From contig NC_083228.1 of the NCBI RefSeq assembly GCF_032191835.1, forward strand, positions 59,458,001-59,522,000: a stretch of 64,000 nucleotides of DNA, given 5' to 3'. The DNA comes from Heteronotia binoei. Taxonomy: Eukaryota. Within the stretch, counting starts at the first letter, position 1. Each line of letters begins with the position of its first letter. The translations under genes and the position numbers were made by a program. The notes beneath the pieces are model-generated. The model was not told the DNA's origin. It searched no databases and saw only the letters and a list, made by a program, of their open reading frames with translations. This document shows, piece by piece, positions 28,691-40,946 of this stretch.

Positions 28691-28876
28691 TAATATAGAA
28701 TAGCATAACTAACATAGTAATAAGCAACCTAGGTCCTGCTAGAACTTCACCCCCCACCACTCAGTATTTAAACACTGCATCATACCATTGTGCATTTCTT
28801 TCTCCCTTCCACCAATGAAGGGGAGCCAGGTTAGGAAAACACACAATACAAAGACACCACAGCATGAAGTGAATAC

Positions 28877-29292
28877 AGGGTTGCCAGACACCCCCCCCCC
28901 AGTGGGGGTGGGGTCCCCTGCTGACAGGCCCCACCTCCCTGCCACCAATCAGCCAACCAGTTTTTTTGGGAACTTACACCCCCCCCCCCAAAAAAAAGAG
29001 GAAGATCCATCCAGTGTGCAGCAATGTGTCTATATCAGTGTCCATGTGACCCAGATTTGACATCATCACATACCCTGGTATTTGAGCAAATAACTCTATA
29101 GTAGAAGTCAAATAGAGTTTTTGCCCAAATACCAGAGCATTGTCCTGATGTCCCCAGACATGATGATGTCACTTCCAGGTAATATAGGAATTGACATAGA
29201 CATGTTGCTGTATGTCAGATGGGCCTCTCTGCTGCTCCCAGTAAGACCCTGCCTCCTCCCCCACCAGTTGCCAGGATGGACCTGCAAGTCTA
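28877..29292. mobile_element. hAT MITE remnant (CAGGGTTGCCAG end)
   Basis: Starts CAGGGTTGCCAG with a degenerate right end. Internal motifs shared with 24170-24545. Confidence 0.6.
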
Positions 29293-29816
29293 AGTAAATA
29301 CCAGTGCATGGAACTGTGCTCTGAGATGAAAAGGTATTATTTCAGATCCAGAATTCAGGGAAAAGCCTTTACCATGATTGCTGATCCTCAGGTGGGACAC
29401 TACCAGTTCTGGATTCAAATTTGTGTGTTTTGGAGGGGGGGTCTGGAATTTTGGGAGTGTTATTTTCAATGGGGAATCAATTTGTCCTCTTGAAACTTAG
29501 TAGAACTTTAGATGAGAAGATCTACTAAGTTTCAACCAGAACGGACAAAAAGGTTTGATTTTACGGACCTATGAAGTAGGTGTCCCTTGGCCCAGTTGCA
29601 CTTCTCTCCACTAAATTCTACTAGGAGGAATGGTGGCAGTAGCTCATCAGGAGACCTCCAGCCAGCAGCATTTTTTTAAAAAAATCCTGTTTGCATCTTA
29701 CAGTGACTGACAAACAGTTTTTAAAAATTATCTTTCCAGTGGAAACTATGCATTTGCCATCCCTCCTTGTTGGGGTACATTGTTTCCTTTCCCAAAGTAA
29801 ACAAGGCTTCTTCTGC

Positions 29817-29817
<1 letters not shown>

Positions 29818-29895
<78 letters not shown>
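29818..29895. repeat. (TAA)n microsatellite at L2 tail
   Basis: About 25 perfect TAA units. Explains the poly-Ile and poly-Tyr ORFs. Confidence 0.97.
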
Positions 29896-29897
<2 letters not shown>

Positions 29898-30332
29898 TTT
29901 ATTTATATCCCGCCCTCCCCACCTCGGCAGGCTCAGGGCGGCTAAAAACATTTTATAAAAAATTTAACAATATAAAACATTAAAACATTAAACTTAATAA
30001 CATTAAAACCAATCCCAATAAGTGCAGTTATTCAGTGGTATAGGTCTTCAAACCGCATTGGCGGATCTTTAATTACCAATCTTCTTAGCAGTCCAAGTGT
30101 GCAAGTTTAAAAAGGGCGGTCTTGCAGGCCCTGCGGAACTGATCAAGGTTCCGCAGGGCCCGCACCTCCTCGGGGAGTCGGTTCCATAGGGTAGGGGCCG
30201 CGATTGAAAATGCCCGTGCTCTAGTGTTCTGGTATTTAATCTCCTTCGGCCCAGGGATGGTCATTAGATTTTTCCCGACTGACCTCAGTGCTCTCTGGGG
30301 TTCATACGGGGAAAGACGGTCCCTCAGGTACC
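29895..30332 (-). mobile_element. L2 LINE 3' fragment
   Basis: ORF 30085..30420(-) contains YLRDRLSPYEPQRALRS...RAFSIAAPTLWNRLPEEVR...FRRACKTALF (L2 ORF2 C-terminus), followed by an L2 tail. Confidence 0.92.
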
Positions 30333-31511
30333 TCCCCACCCCCCCCCCACCCCTGCAACCTTTACAAATAGTTTTTTTTTTCAAAAACAACAGAGCACAT
30401 GTGTGTATGTGATGAATCAATCATCCAGTTGCTATGAGATACACATCTCCACACTGGGGGTATCCACTGCAGGGGTGCCTTCATTAGTTGTTAATACTAC
30501 TACTATTTAAGGAATTCCTAGAGGATAATGAAGAGGATGTGGCTAAGGGCTGGGGCATGGGAGCCTGAGAGCTAAGCTACATGATATGTTTATTTGAATT
30601 GTCTCCAACTTTATGGGTTTGATCTCAAACACATCAACTCCAAGAACATCACTTTAAAAGCCATAGAAGCTGGTTTTGCTGACGAGGGAGCAGCAAAGGT
30701 GGAGGACGGGGCTCTTGCTTCCACCCACCACCTTTTTCTTGATCCCAAAGATCCCCTCCAGTGGGAAGTTGTTGACATAAATTTGGAGCTGCACATGGAA
30801 TACCCCAAGCACTCTTAGCTTGATACAGGCTCCTTCCTTCTCTAGGAGTTGTCTCCAAAGGTGACTGGCTGAGAGTACTCACCTCCTGATCCCTTGGCAA
30901 AGATCTAATTGGAAAGGAGAAACGCCATTACCTGAAAAATCAGATGAATCAAAGAAAAATGAAAGACATGCTACTGCTGACAGTAAGTACCTGAACACAA
31001 AAAACAACACAGGTTTTTCAAGTGTTTTTGATAATCCAAAAAATCCAGGGTTCATGTTACTGTTTCAAGAAATCATGGTAACAGCTTGAAACAGAAATTT
31101 TTGTGTATGTGCCTTCAGAATTTTAGAATGCACATACCTACTAAAGCATGTTATCAAGAGGAGTGAATGAGTGTGATGTGGGGATGTTATTTTTGCTAGC
31201 AGCCCTCTGTCTTACAGTGATTTGTGATTTGCCTTACACTTGTATTTTCCAACCTTTGCGTAGTATAGAATACAACATTAAGAGAGTTGTCACAACAATG
31301 AGTATGAATGAAAAATACAACTGTACATTTACTTCTTAGTAATATTGTCACAGTTGTATTTTTTTTCATTCACATAGTATAGTGCAGGCATACTATTTCT
31401 TAAATTAAAATTAGCAGTCCACTTCACTCTTGTGGCCAAAAAAGTTTACTAATTATGCATATTGTTAGCATATGAACTAAACACCTCCAGAAATAGCACA
31501 CCTGTATTATT

Positions 31512-31812
31512 AGAGCCCCATGATGCAGAGTGGTAAAGCTGCAGTACTGCAGTCGGAGCCCTCTGCACATGACCTGAGTTCAATCCCAGCGGAAGCTGGT
31601 CTCAGGTAGTCAGTTCAGGTTGACTCAGTCTTCCATCCTTCTAAGGTCAGTAAAATGAGTACCCAGCTTGCTGGGGGGAAAGTGTAGATGACTGGGGAAG
31701 GCAATGGCAAACCACCCGGTAAAAAGTCTGCCGTGAAAACATTGTGAAAGCGACATCACCCCAGAGTAAAAAATGACTGGTGCTTGCACAGGGGACTGAC
31801 TACCTTTACCCA
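31512..31812 (+). mobile_element. Sauria SINE
   Basis: tRNA-like head GCAGAGTGGTAAAGCTGCAG, then GGTTGACTCAGTCTTCCATCCTTC...GGAAGGCAATGGCAAACCACC (BovB-like core) and an ACCTTTACC tail. Confidence 0.9.
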
Positions 31813-33971
31813 AATTCATACAGAGATGCAACAGGCAGTTCCTGAAATAAGAAAAATAGTCACATCTGTGCATTGGCAAAGACTGAATACATGCCTGAAA
31901 CAGAAAGGTAGGACTGATATTTCCTGACCCAGGGGAGACTGGATTGAAATTCACATTCAAAGCAATACATATACAGAGTATCCTGCAGACACGCTTCTTT
32001 TTAGGTGTGTATTTTGCACTTACAAGAGCCTTTTATTAATTGACTTCTTATGACACACTGACCTTTTTTTCATGGCCCACTGGTACATTGAAGCAAAAAA
32101 TAAAGATTTTTTGACACTTCAGGCCAACTCTGGTTCAGTTGGAAAGTTCAAGTATTTTTGTTTGTTTGTTTGTTTTATAGTTTCTTCTCTTTCTGACTGA
32201 AATTGTGGTCATATATTTTCCCAGACTGTATTAATTAAATTCAATAGAAACACTGTTGTTAAAAAAATTGCCCATTTTAACCAAAACTGCATATAAATAG
32301 CATTAAACAAAAGCAGTATATAATGTATAAACGGTATAAACCAAACCAAGCGAACAAAAGTGGGAAATTGCCAAAGAAAACAGGCAGAATAAAAATTCTC
32401 TTTCTAACCATGCATGAAAATTAGGAGAAATTAAGATAAATGAAAAATGCATGTCCATAGATCTCTAAATAACAACATTAATAAAAGCAAGAAAAGAAGC
32501 CAGGCCTCTGGGCTATGATGGACATTGATTTTGGCCCTCAATGTTAAATAAATTTTCCATCCTTGGTGGACCTAATGCTATGGCTTGAAATAAGATGTTG
32601 GCAACATGGCATAAATATTAGCATGTTTTCTATTTTGAAAAACAGTTTTTTTACTACTTCAAGCAGTACATTAGATCCCAAATTGACAAAACAGCTCATG
32701 ATGCTAGTGAAAATGGACTACACTACTTCAGACTGTAGGTAGGAAAAGAAGTGACTGAGAAGCATCCCACACAAAATATGCAGGGTTGTTCCTACTCCCA
32801 CTGACATCTCATTTGCAACATTTAAGGAAGNNNNNNNNNNNNNNNNNNNNNNNNNNNNNNNNNNNNNNNNNNNNNNNNNNNNNNNNNNNNNNNNNNNNNN
32901 NNNNNNNNNNNNNNNNNNNNNNNNNNNNNNNNNNNNNNNNNNNNNNNNNNNNNNNNNNNNNNNNNNNNNNNNNNNNNNNNNNNNNNNNNNNNNNNNNNNN
33001 NNNNNNNNNNNNNNNNNNNNNNNNNNNNNNNNNNNNNNNNNNNNNNNNNNNNNNNNNNNNNNNNNNNNNNNNNNNNNNNNNNNNNNATTTTTGGAGGGGG
33101 GGCAAAAGTAAAAAATGCCACCCCTTAGTATTTTTCCTTTATATATACATATGCAGGGATTTTTTTTGCATATTAGGCCACACCCTTCTGATGTAGCCAA
33201 TCATCCAATAGCTTACAGGGCTCTTCTTACAGTTCAGGTCAGGAAATGGGGACCCCTCTGCCTGTTGGGGGTGTTCCCATAAGGTAGGCAGCACCTCCTA
33301 GTCACAGCTTAACATGGATAACTTTCTGGAAGTTAGACAATAGAAGCTACTTCTTCACCAGACAAGGGAGCTTGTCAGATGCCAAACTAGCTTCTCCATC
33401 CAATACAGCAATGGAGGAAGCAGACCTGATCTCGGCAGTTAGCCAACTTTATTAAACCAAAATGCACATTGCTCTTGTCCATTTTAGCTGGTCAGTTTAT
33501 GGACACTGGGGTAACATAGATCAGGCCACCCAAAGCAATCTTAACACACACTTATTTTCCACCACACTTCTAGAAGCATACGTGGTGAGAAATGCATTCA
33601 AATAAATTAAAATAGCAACTTTCAGCTAAATGCCAGGGTGAATATGTAGAGCAAAAAGATGTTGGATTGAGAAAGGAAAACAACAGCCAACTGACACATC
33701 TAAAATGACCAAAAGCAACTGATCTAGACCTCACCATTTCATTCAAAAGTTGCTAAACAATTGAGAAAATGCAGGATTGAGTGGGGAGCTAGGGATGCCA
33801 GCCTCCAGGACCTGAGGATCCTCCAAAACTACCCCCTCATTCCATGCCAGTGGCTACCCCCTCATTCCATGCCAGTAGCTGGGGGAGGGGGGAATGGCAA
33901 CCACAATCCCCAAATCTCCAGGAGTTTCCCAACCTTGATGTTTTCTGTGGCCCCAGAACATGGAGCCAGAA

Positions 33972-34193
33972 CTAGCACTAGGAAGAACTTCCTGACAGTT
34001 AGAGTGGTTCCTAAGTGGAACAGGCTTCCTCAGGAGGTGGTGGGCTCTCCTTCCTTGGAGATTTTTAAACAGAGGCTAGATGGCCATCTGACAGCAATGA
34101 GGATCCTGTGAATTTAGGGGGAGGTATTTGTGAATGTCCTGCATTGTGCAGAGGGTTGGACTAGATGACCCTGCAGTTCCTTCCAACTCTATG
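33972..34193 (+). mobile_element. CR1 3' end fragment
   Basis: RKNFLTVRVVPKWNRLPQEVVGSPSLEIFKQRLDGHL followed by GGTTGGACTAGATGACC...CCAACTCTATGA. Confidence 0.92.
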
Positions 34194-34329
34194 AGGCAAC
34201 CCCTTCACCCCCATTCCCTTCTGGTAGCCAAGGAGGACTTCACTTGGAAACTCTAGCAACTCTGAGGTGAGCAAAGTATTGAACACAGCAACTAGCCAGC
34301 TTTTTAAAGAAGAAGTAGTTAGATTTATG

Positions 34330-34578
34330 CCACAATCTTCATTTGAAGTGTTAGAGCTGCTTACAAATCTCCTTTCCCTTCCCCACCCCACAACAGACAC
34401 CATGTGGGGCTGAGAGCCCTCCCAGAACTGCTCTCTTGAGCAGAACAGCTTTGAGAGAACTTGTGGCTGACTGACCCAAGGTCACATCAGCAGGTGTATG
34501 TGGAGGAGTAGGGAGCCAGACTGGGTTCTCCCAGATAAGAGTCTGGGCTGTTAACCAAGTCCACTACACCAAAGCTGG
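34330..34578 (-). mobile_element. tRNA-derived squamate SINE
   Basis: Reverse complement has head GCCAGCTTTGGTGTAGTGG, body homologous to 27178-27452. Confidence 0.8.
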
Positions 34579-34830
34579 CAGACTTGCTCAAGGATCAAGG
34601 GTCTGAGGGAGGATGATGGGGGTGAGAGAAGAAGGTAAAAACCCACATTCGATGAGTTACAGTGACATATTACCCGCCCCCCCAAGTTCTGAACAATTTC
34701 TGCCCCGGGGAAGGGCTGCCTGCTCTTTGTCCCCCCCCCCCCGGCCCCAATTGTCCCACGCTTTTCCTCCCATTCAGATGATGCACGAAGTGCTCACCCA
34801 AGGGACCGGGTAGAAATTTTGCGACTCCAA

Positions 34831-34914
34831 GCAGTGCCTTAACTTCTTCTATGGGTGGTGGTGGGGAGTTTCGCACAGTCAGCCTGAGCAGACGACCTCG
34901 CCGCTGCCACTCAT
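34831..34914 (-). pseudogene. GAB1/GAB2: Decayed copy of GAB-family (GRB2-associated binder) coding exon 1, start of PH domain
   Basis: Minus strand ATG AGT GGC AGC GGC GAG GTC GTC TGC TCA GGC TGA CTG [TG] CGA AAC TCC CCA CCA [CCACCCA] TAG AAG AAG TTA AGG CAC TGC reads MSGSGEVVCSG*LRNSPP*KKLRHC, versus recalled GAB1 [24 protein letters not shown] and GAB2 [25 protein letters not shown]. Two stops, two small insertions, CpG-type substitutions. Confidence 0.8.
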
Positions 34915-36672
34915 CCTGCAAGGAGACCCCCAGCTAAAGGAGGCACCCTGCTGGCCTCTGCCCACCCCCCCACCCCCCCACCCCCGTTCGCATCTGGTCA
35001 CCACTAGGATTGGTCATGCATGCCCTGCCCACCTGCTGGGGAAAAGGAGGCAGGTCTACTGCTGCCTCCTCCTTTGTAGCTGCCTGGTCAATTTCACAAC
35101 TCCCCCCCACTTCTTCCTCCTCCCGCTGGTCAATTTCACACTTGCCATCCAGTGCCTCCTCCCCCCCTCCCCCGTCTCAGCACGGAGCCAGAGCCAGCTA
35201 GTCTCTCCAGATCACAGAAGTATGGAGGGGAAAGGGTGGTCAGTCCAGGCAGGTGGGGCTGGTCTGTGATGTGCAGCACCGACGGCAGGGGTGGCAGGAA
35301 GGCGGAGGCACAGCAAACATTTCCCTTCACCCATCAAGTGCCTTGCCACTCTGATGCCACCCCCCTTTCCCAGCACCCGGGACAAGCTACCCNNNNNNNN
35401 NNNNNNNNNNNNNNNNNNNNNNNNNNNNNNNNNNNNNNNNNNNNNNNNNNNNNNNNNNNNNNNNNNNNNNNNNNNNNNNNNNNNNNNNNNNNNNNNNNNN
35501 NNNNNNNNNNNNNNNNNNNNNNNNNNNNNNNNNNNNNNNNNNNNNNNNNNNNNNNNNNNNNNNNNNNNNNNNNNNNNNNNNNNNNNNNNNNNNNNNNNNN
35601 NNNNAGCCCAGAAAGAGTTTTGCCACATGATGAACTGACGCCCCTCTCCTAATTTACAACATAAAGAGTGTTAATTGAACACTAATCAAGCCATCTTTCA
35701 AACATTCCTTTTCCTTTCAAACATTCAAACAAAGCCCTTAACAGGTACAAACACACACAAACACAATCCTATTATATTTAGATCTTAAAAGTCAAGGTCT
35801 AAGCACCTGAAAAAGTAAAGGGTTGCATTTATTTGTGTAGTCCTAGTTTTGACACTTGTTCTTATTTGTATGATAAAAATGAAATTTTATTTTCCATGTA
35901 AGTTCTCTGCCTTGTTCACTGCCCCAGACAAAGTCATGAGGAGTCAGAATTAAAGCTGTACAAGAGCCATAAATTAAGCATTTACTAACATTTGAGAAAT
36001 AGGCTTTAATAATGCTCTTTTCACATAGCTTTTCTTCATGTAATATATATTTCACACCCATGCTGTTTCAGTGATTTATAAGCCTAAATCCACATATAAA
36101 GCTTTGGTTTATATTTGACTTGGAAACTGTGTAAAGTAACTCTTTACTTTACACCAAGGTTGCAGAGTTAGGTTGCATGTGTTCATTCAGCGTTGCATGT
36201 GGGCTTTTTTACTCACAGCCACAACATGCATGTTCTACGCACAGCACAGGAGCCACTCTTGGGCTCTCTGGGCCAAACTATATATTATGCATAATTCCAT
36301 GATCAGGTTTTTTTTTCTTCCTACAAGTTGCTTTTGTTTAATAAAAAGCAGCTGCTGGTGGCTTGAGACAAAGATGAGGACCAGAAAGGGGTGGGGGGGG
36401 CACTGAAGAGCTTAACTCGTTATTTGCCTGCAGTTTGTGTGCTCAGATTGGCCATTGCCTAGCAAGTTGCTTTCTCCTGATGTGGAAAAGGATGTGAGCT
36501 CGTCATTCCTTTGCCCCCAAAGGTGAAACTGGAAAGCCACTTAGGGGAGGGAATAAATGAAAACAGATAAGAGTTTACTTCTGCATGGATTAGCCCCAGT
36601 TCATACTACATGTCCTACAAAAGAGGCACAAACCCAAGGCATGCTCATGAACACACACATAACACCTGTAGG

Positions 36673-36866
36673 CAGTGTTCCCTCTAAGCTGAGTTAGCAT
36701 GAGCTAGCTCACAGATTTTTAGCCTCCCACTCGCACATTTTTGTCTTAGCACAGGAAGGATGACCCCAGAGCACAATAATTTATGCAGTAGTTCACAACT
36801 TTAATGCCAGGAGCTCACAAAGTAGAATTTTTGTTCACAAGTCTCTGCAGCTTAGAGGGAACATTG
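36673..36866 (+). mobile_element. hAT MITE (CAGTGTTCCCTCTAAGCTG TIR)
   Basis: TIRs CAGTGTTCCCTCTAAGCTG / CAGCTTAGAGGGAACATTG, TSD CCTGTAGG / CCTGTTGG. Confidence 0.88.
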
Positions 36867-39800
36867 CCTGTTGGATATATATACTGGAAGTTTCTGTAGA
36901 CCCCCTCTGATGTTTGAGCAGAAGTGCAGATGAAGCAAGACCTTGCTAATTCATGTAGCCAGCTATAGTCCCATGTTCTCTGTTTTTCTGGGCTAGTGGT
37001 TGCTGATCCTGGGACTTACTGACCAGTTTGAGAAGCCCAACACTTTCCTATGGACAAAATCTTTTTTTTTCTATGACTAACCAAATATTCAACAATTCTA
37101 CAGGGTGAGGGGTTTTCAAAATTAGCAGTTTCAGAAGGGAAATTTTTTCTTGCCTTCAAAATATTTATTTATTATAATATTACCTACCTTTTCCTAGAGT
37201 TTCAAAGAGCCTACAGAATGCTACCAGGCAAAGAGTACAATAAAATATAACAATAGTAAACCAAAATGCAAATAACTACAGAATCACAGGCTTGGCTGCA
37301 AGCTATATGTTTCTGGTTAAAGCTAAAGCTTCGCCACCACAATTAACTTCCTTAATATTTTTAGATAGCTTTTGTTCAGGCTGGTTGAGAGCAATTGAGG
37401 ACAGGCTGCAACTCTTTTTTTTCACTCTGGTTCAACGTATGTGCCCTTTTAGAAGGGAAAGATGCATGTACCTGGTGTGCAAAATGCCTATGCCCATGCC
37501 ATTTGGGTATGGTAGAGACAATTGTGCACATCTTTTTTTTTCCTGTTGGTTTTACCAGAACATTTGGAATATGTAAATTAATCCAGTTATGTCCCATCAT
37601 TCAGGTAAATGTAACCAATTTTATATTTCTCTTATGCTCAGCAATCAGTACAATGAAGTTACTCTTAAAGCCAGATTTTGTTCCTTGGCAGACAGAAGAA
37701 AACGTTATCATTTTAACAAATGTTTTTGAACCACTGTATTTTCCAAGGCATATTTGATATATTTATCTAAAAAGTATGTTTCCTGAAGAATCCATTTCTA
37801 ATCTTGAATTGTAATAAACTGACTGTAAAAAAAATAACTACAGTTAAATATTCTATTTTGCATTCCTACACACTTCAGTTGAGCAGAATCAGAGGATACT
37901 CTGTTAATTACCCTCAAAAGGGAGACTAAGCTAAATGAAACATTCTCTAGTTCTGAACCTTTACTGTGGTAGTTAGTTCTGCATTTTCTGAGGCTACACT
38001 GCTTTTGGCTTCCACTTCCCACACTGCCCTCAAGTTTCCATTTCTCCAGGCTGAGTGGGGAGAGCAGTATGCTTTACACCTATTGCCTTCTATCCAGTAA
38101 TACCCTGTGATGATGGCTAATGTCATTCCTGATTGGTATTTCTGTGCACAACATTCTTCTCCCCTCCTTTCATCACACTGGTGGCTAAAGGGTAGAGAAA
38201 GCATTTACTCCACATAAGAGGACAGCTTGCCTGAACCATGCAAGCTATTCAGCATTAGCCTGATGGAAGCAATAGGCAAATGTGTGGCTTGCAGCCAGTG
38301 GCAGTGTGTCAGATTGGGTGAGGGGAGAGGCAGAGTTTTTTTGTCTAGGCCTAATTCAGCACACTCTCCAGGAAGCCTGCTACATGCCTGGTATCTCTGG
38401 GGAAAGAGGCAAAGCATTCTCTATAAGGGAGTTCTTGTTCAGAAAAGGTTGTTGTGCCAGTGAGCAGGTGGGCATTAGCCGAATACTAGAAGCTATGTTT
38501 GCTGTCTTCCATTCCCACCAGAGGCTCACACTACCCCTGATACACACCTTTTCTGTGGTGAAGAAGCTATGGGTCTTCCACTTACTCAAAAGCAAAAAAG
38601 TAAAAGTAAAAGTAAAAGTAAAAGAGGCAGGATGAAAGAAGAGAAGGATCAGGTCTCTTTTCACCTAAACACATCCATGTGGGAGGGTTGCCACCCTGCA
38701 GGTGGAGCCTGGAAATCTCCTGAAATTGCAACTGACCTCTAGGCTACAAAAATCTTCTCAAGTCCCCTGTGCCCCATTGCCAACAAAGGTAAGGCAGGTG
38801 CCCTGACCACCAAAGGCATGGCTTTGGAATGGTGACACATTACCTTTGGAATTTCCCTGACATCTACTTTCCTTTCCTTTAAGGGACAGACCAAAACATT
38901 TATATTTACCCAGGCTTTTAAAAAGTTCCATCTTCTTATCTCTTTCATCGTCTCCTAATATTTTTAGGGCTGTTTTATCAATATCATTTTAGATTGTTCT
39001 ATTTGTTTTATGTGCTTTATGCTTTTATTGGTATGTTTGTATAGACTTTCTCTTAATTTTTTAATGACTTGTCTGTTTTCTTTATTATTTTCATTGGCAT
39101 TATTTGTTTTTATTTACTTTGTTTCCCTTGCTGGATTTTATTCTAATGTTTTTGTTGTGAGGTGACTTGAGCGAGTCTAAACAATGGGTCAACGCTATGC
39201 TTGGATCAACACTATGCTTGGGCCCCCTCTTCGAGGAACTTTAACTACTTGTAAAACTAAAACTCCTTTTCTGTTACCTGACTGAAATGTGGGAAGGATG
39301 TTACCATAGATGAGGGGTACTACCCTAAGAAATTCACCTTAATTCCCAAAAAAGTCACAGGTGGGGATTGCTTAGTTATTGAAACCTATAAAAATGTCAT
39401 CTGAAAACCATAGTAACCCTGGACATGTGATATACAGATATTAAAGAATTCAAACAAGCTTTTAATGAGCCGAACCTGAATAAAAACACAAGAATGAATG
39501 AAAAACCCAAGTATTTTTTTTTCACAGTCACTACTTTACACAGCATATGGGTTGCAGTCAAAAAGTTCTTTTGAAGAAGGAATTCTCTAAATCAGAACTC
39601 TCTCATAACGGACCCTCACATATTCTCTTGTACTCTGGCCTGTGTAAGAATTCAAAGTCAGATCCCAGAAATCAGATCATATAAATCAGGGGTGATTATC
39701 GGTGAGTGGTGAAATGAATATTTTTGTGTAATGAAATAGACACATTTGGCTTTTGGAATTTTTGTAGTTACACTCATTTCAAGCTGCTAAATTCAAAACA

Positions 39801-40751
39801 GATGCCAAAACCAAGCAGTAAAGTTTACTAAGACAGATTTTCACATTTTTTTGGGTGAGTGTTTTTTAACAATAATACACATGAAAAGGATCTGAGAATC
39901 TTTATTGCATTAATTTAATTGCCATAAATCAACAGATAATGGAAGTTCATTTAAATTAACCACCTTGGAAATAAGACAAAAACAATAGAATGTTATGCTT
40001 CACATCCTTACAGTGCAATGCAATGGATGAGATTTCATTTATGTTTGAAATTTAATATAATGTTCATGAAATGTCAGAATTGGATTCAACTAAGATATTA
40101 TTGGTTGCTTTATTTATGGAACCACATGTTAAATCAGTCAGTTATAGCCCAGTGGAGAACAAAATTATGCCTGATCCAGTACAAAATAATCTTGAGACTG
40201 CTTCTTGAATGATGTTTTACTACTGCAGATATACACACAGAGCATCTATACAGAAAGCAAATATGGTAGTAGACAAAATGTCAAGGTCAGGAAGGCCATG
40301 GATTCAAATGCTCTTATGAGCAAGAAACCTAGCGCGAGTCACTATATCTCAGCCAAACCTACATTGCATAGTTCGTGTGAAAACAAATTGCTGTGCTTCC
40401 TTCAGCTCTTTCAAAGGCGGTATACAAATATGGTTAGTGAATGCAGAGGTTCAGGAGAAACCCATACCAATTCAGAAACATATTAGGCAAAGTGGCTAGA
40501 ATTTTTAGTCGAGGCCACGTTAATCCTAGCTTGAATCCCTGCTCACCCAGATCTACATGTGCTCTTAGACAACCACTGCCTCTCACACATCCTAGAGGGC
40601 TGTTGTGAGGCCAAAATGCCACTCTTTGGGGAAAAGGGGAGGACGCAGGTATTGCTATGCATAAGTATGCTACTATACATGAAGGTCATGTGAGTTTCTT
40701 TTACTATGCAGGACTAGCTCAATGGTTTTTGGCATTCTAAAGTTAAAGCAT

Positions 40752-40946
40752 GCTGTGTAGTCACAACTGACCCATGGTGATCCCATGAAGTTCTACTTAA
40801 TGGGATTTGCAAAGCAACAGAAGCAAACAGGTGGTCTGCCATTGCCTTCCTCTGCATTGCAACTCCAGTCTTCCTTGGTGGTCTCCCATCCAAGTACTAA
40901 CCATGACTTGCAATGTGTAGCTTCTGAGCTCTGATAAGATCAGGCT
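40752..40946 (-). mobile_element. 5S rRNA-derived SINE with RTE/Sauria-type tail
   Basis: Reverse complement AGCCTGATCTTATCAGAGCTCAGAAGCTA...GGTTAGTACTTGGATGGGAGACC (5S boxes A and C), then GGAAGGCAATGGCAGACCACC. Confidence 0.85.

Noticed and set aside
29691-29951. Poly-Ile and poly-Tyr ORFs
   Set aside because: (TAA)n microsatellite at an L2 tail.
34660-35646. Complete hAT element around the GAB fragment (CAGTGACATA ... TGACGCCCCTC ends)
   Set aside because: Putative TIRs are degenerate and the flanks (ATGAGTTA vs TCCTAATT) form no TSD, so boundaries are unconfirmed.
38565-38650. MGLPLTQKQKSKSKSK... first exon downstream of TATAAGG
   Set aside because: The KS repeat comes from an (AAAAGT)n microsatellite, the donor is weak and there is no homology.
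40229-40432. 204-nt phase-0 exon with AG/GT ends
   Set aside because: The nucleotide sequence resembles a degenerate tRNA-SINE (AGTCACTATATCTCAGCC...AAAGGCGGTATACAAAT tail), and the peptide is unrecognised.
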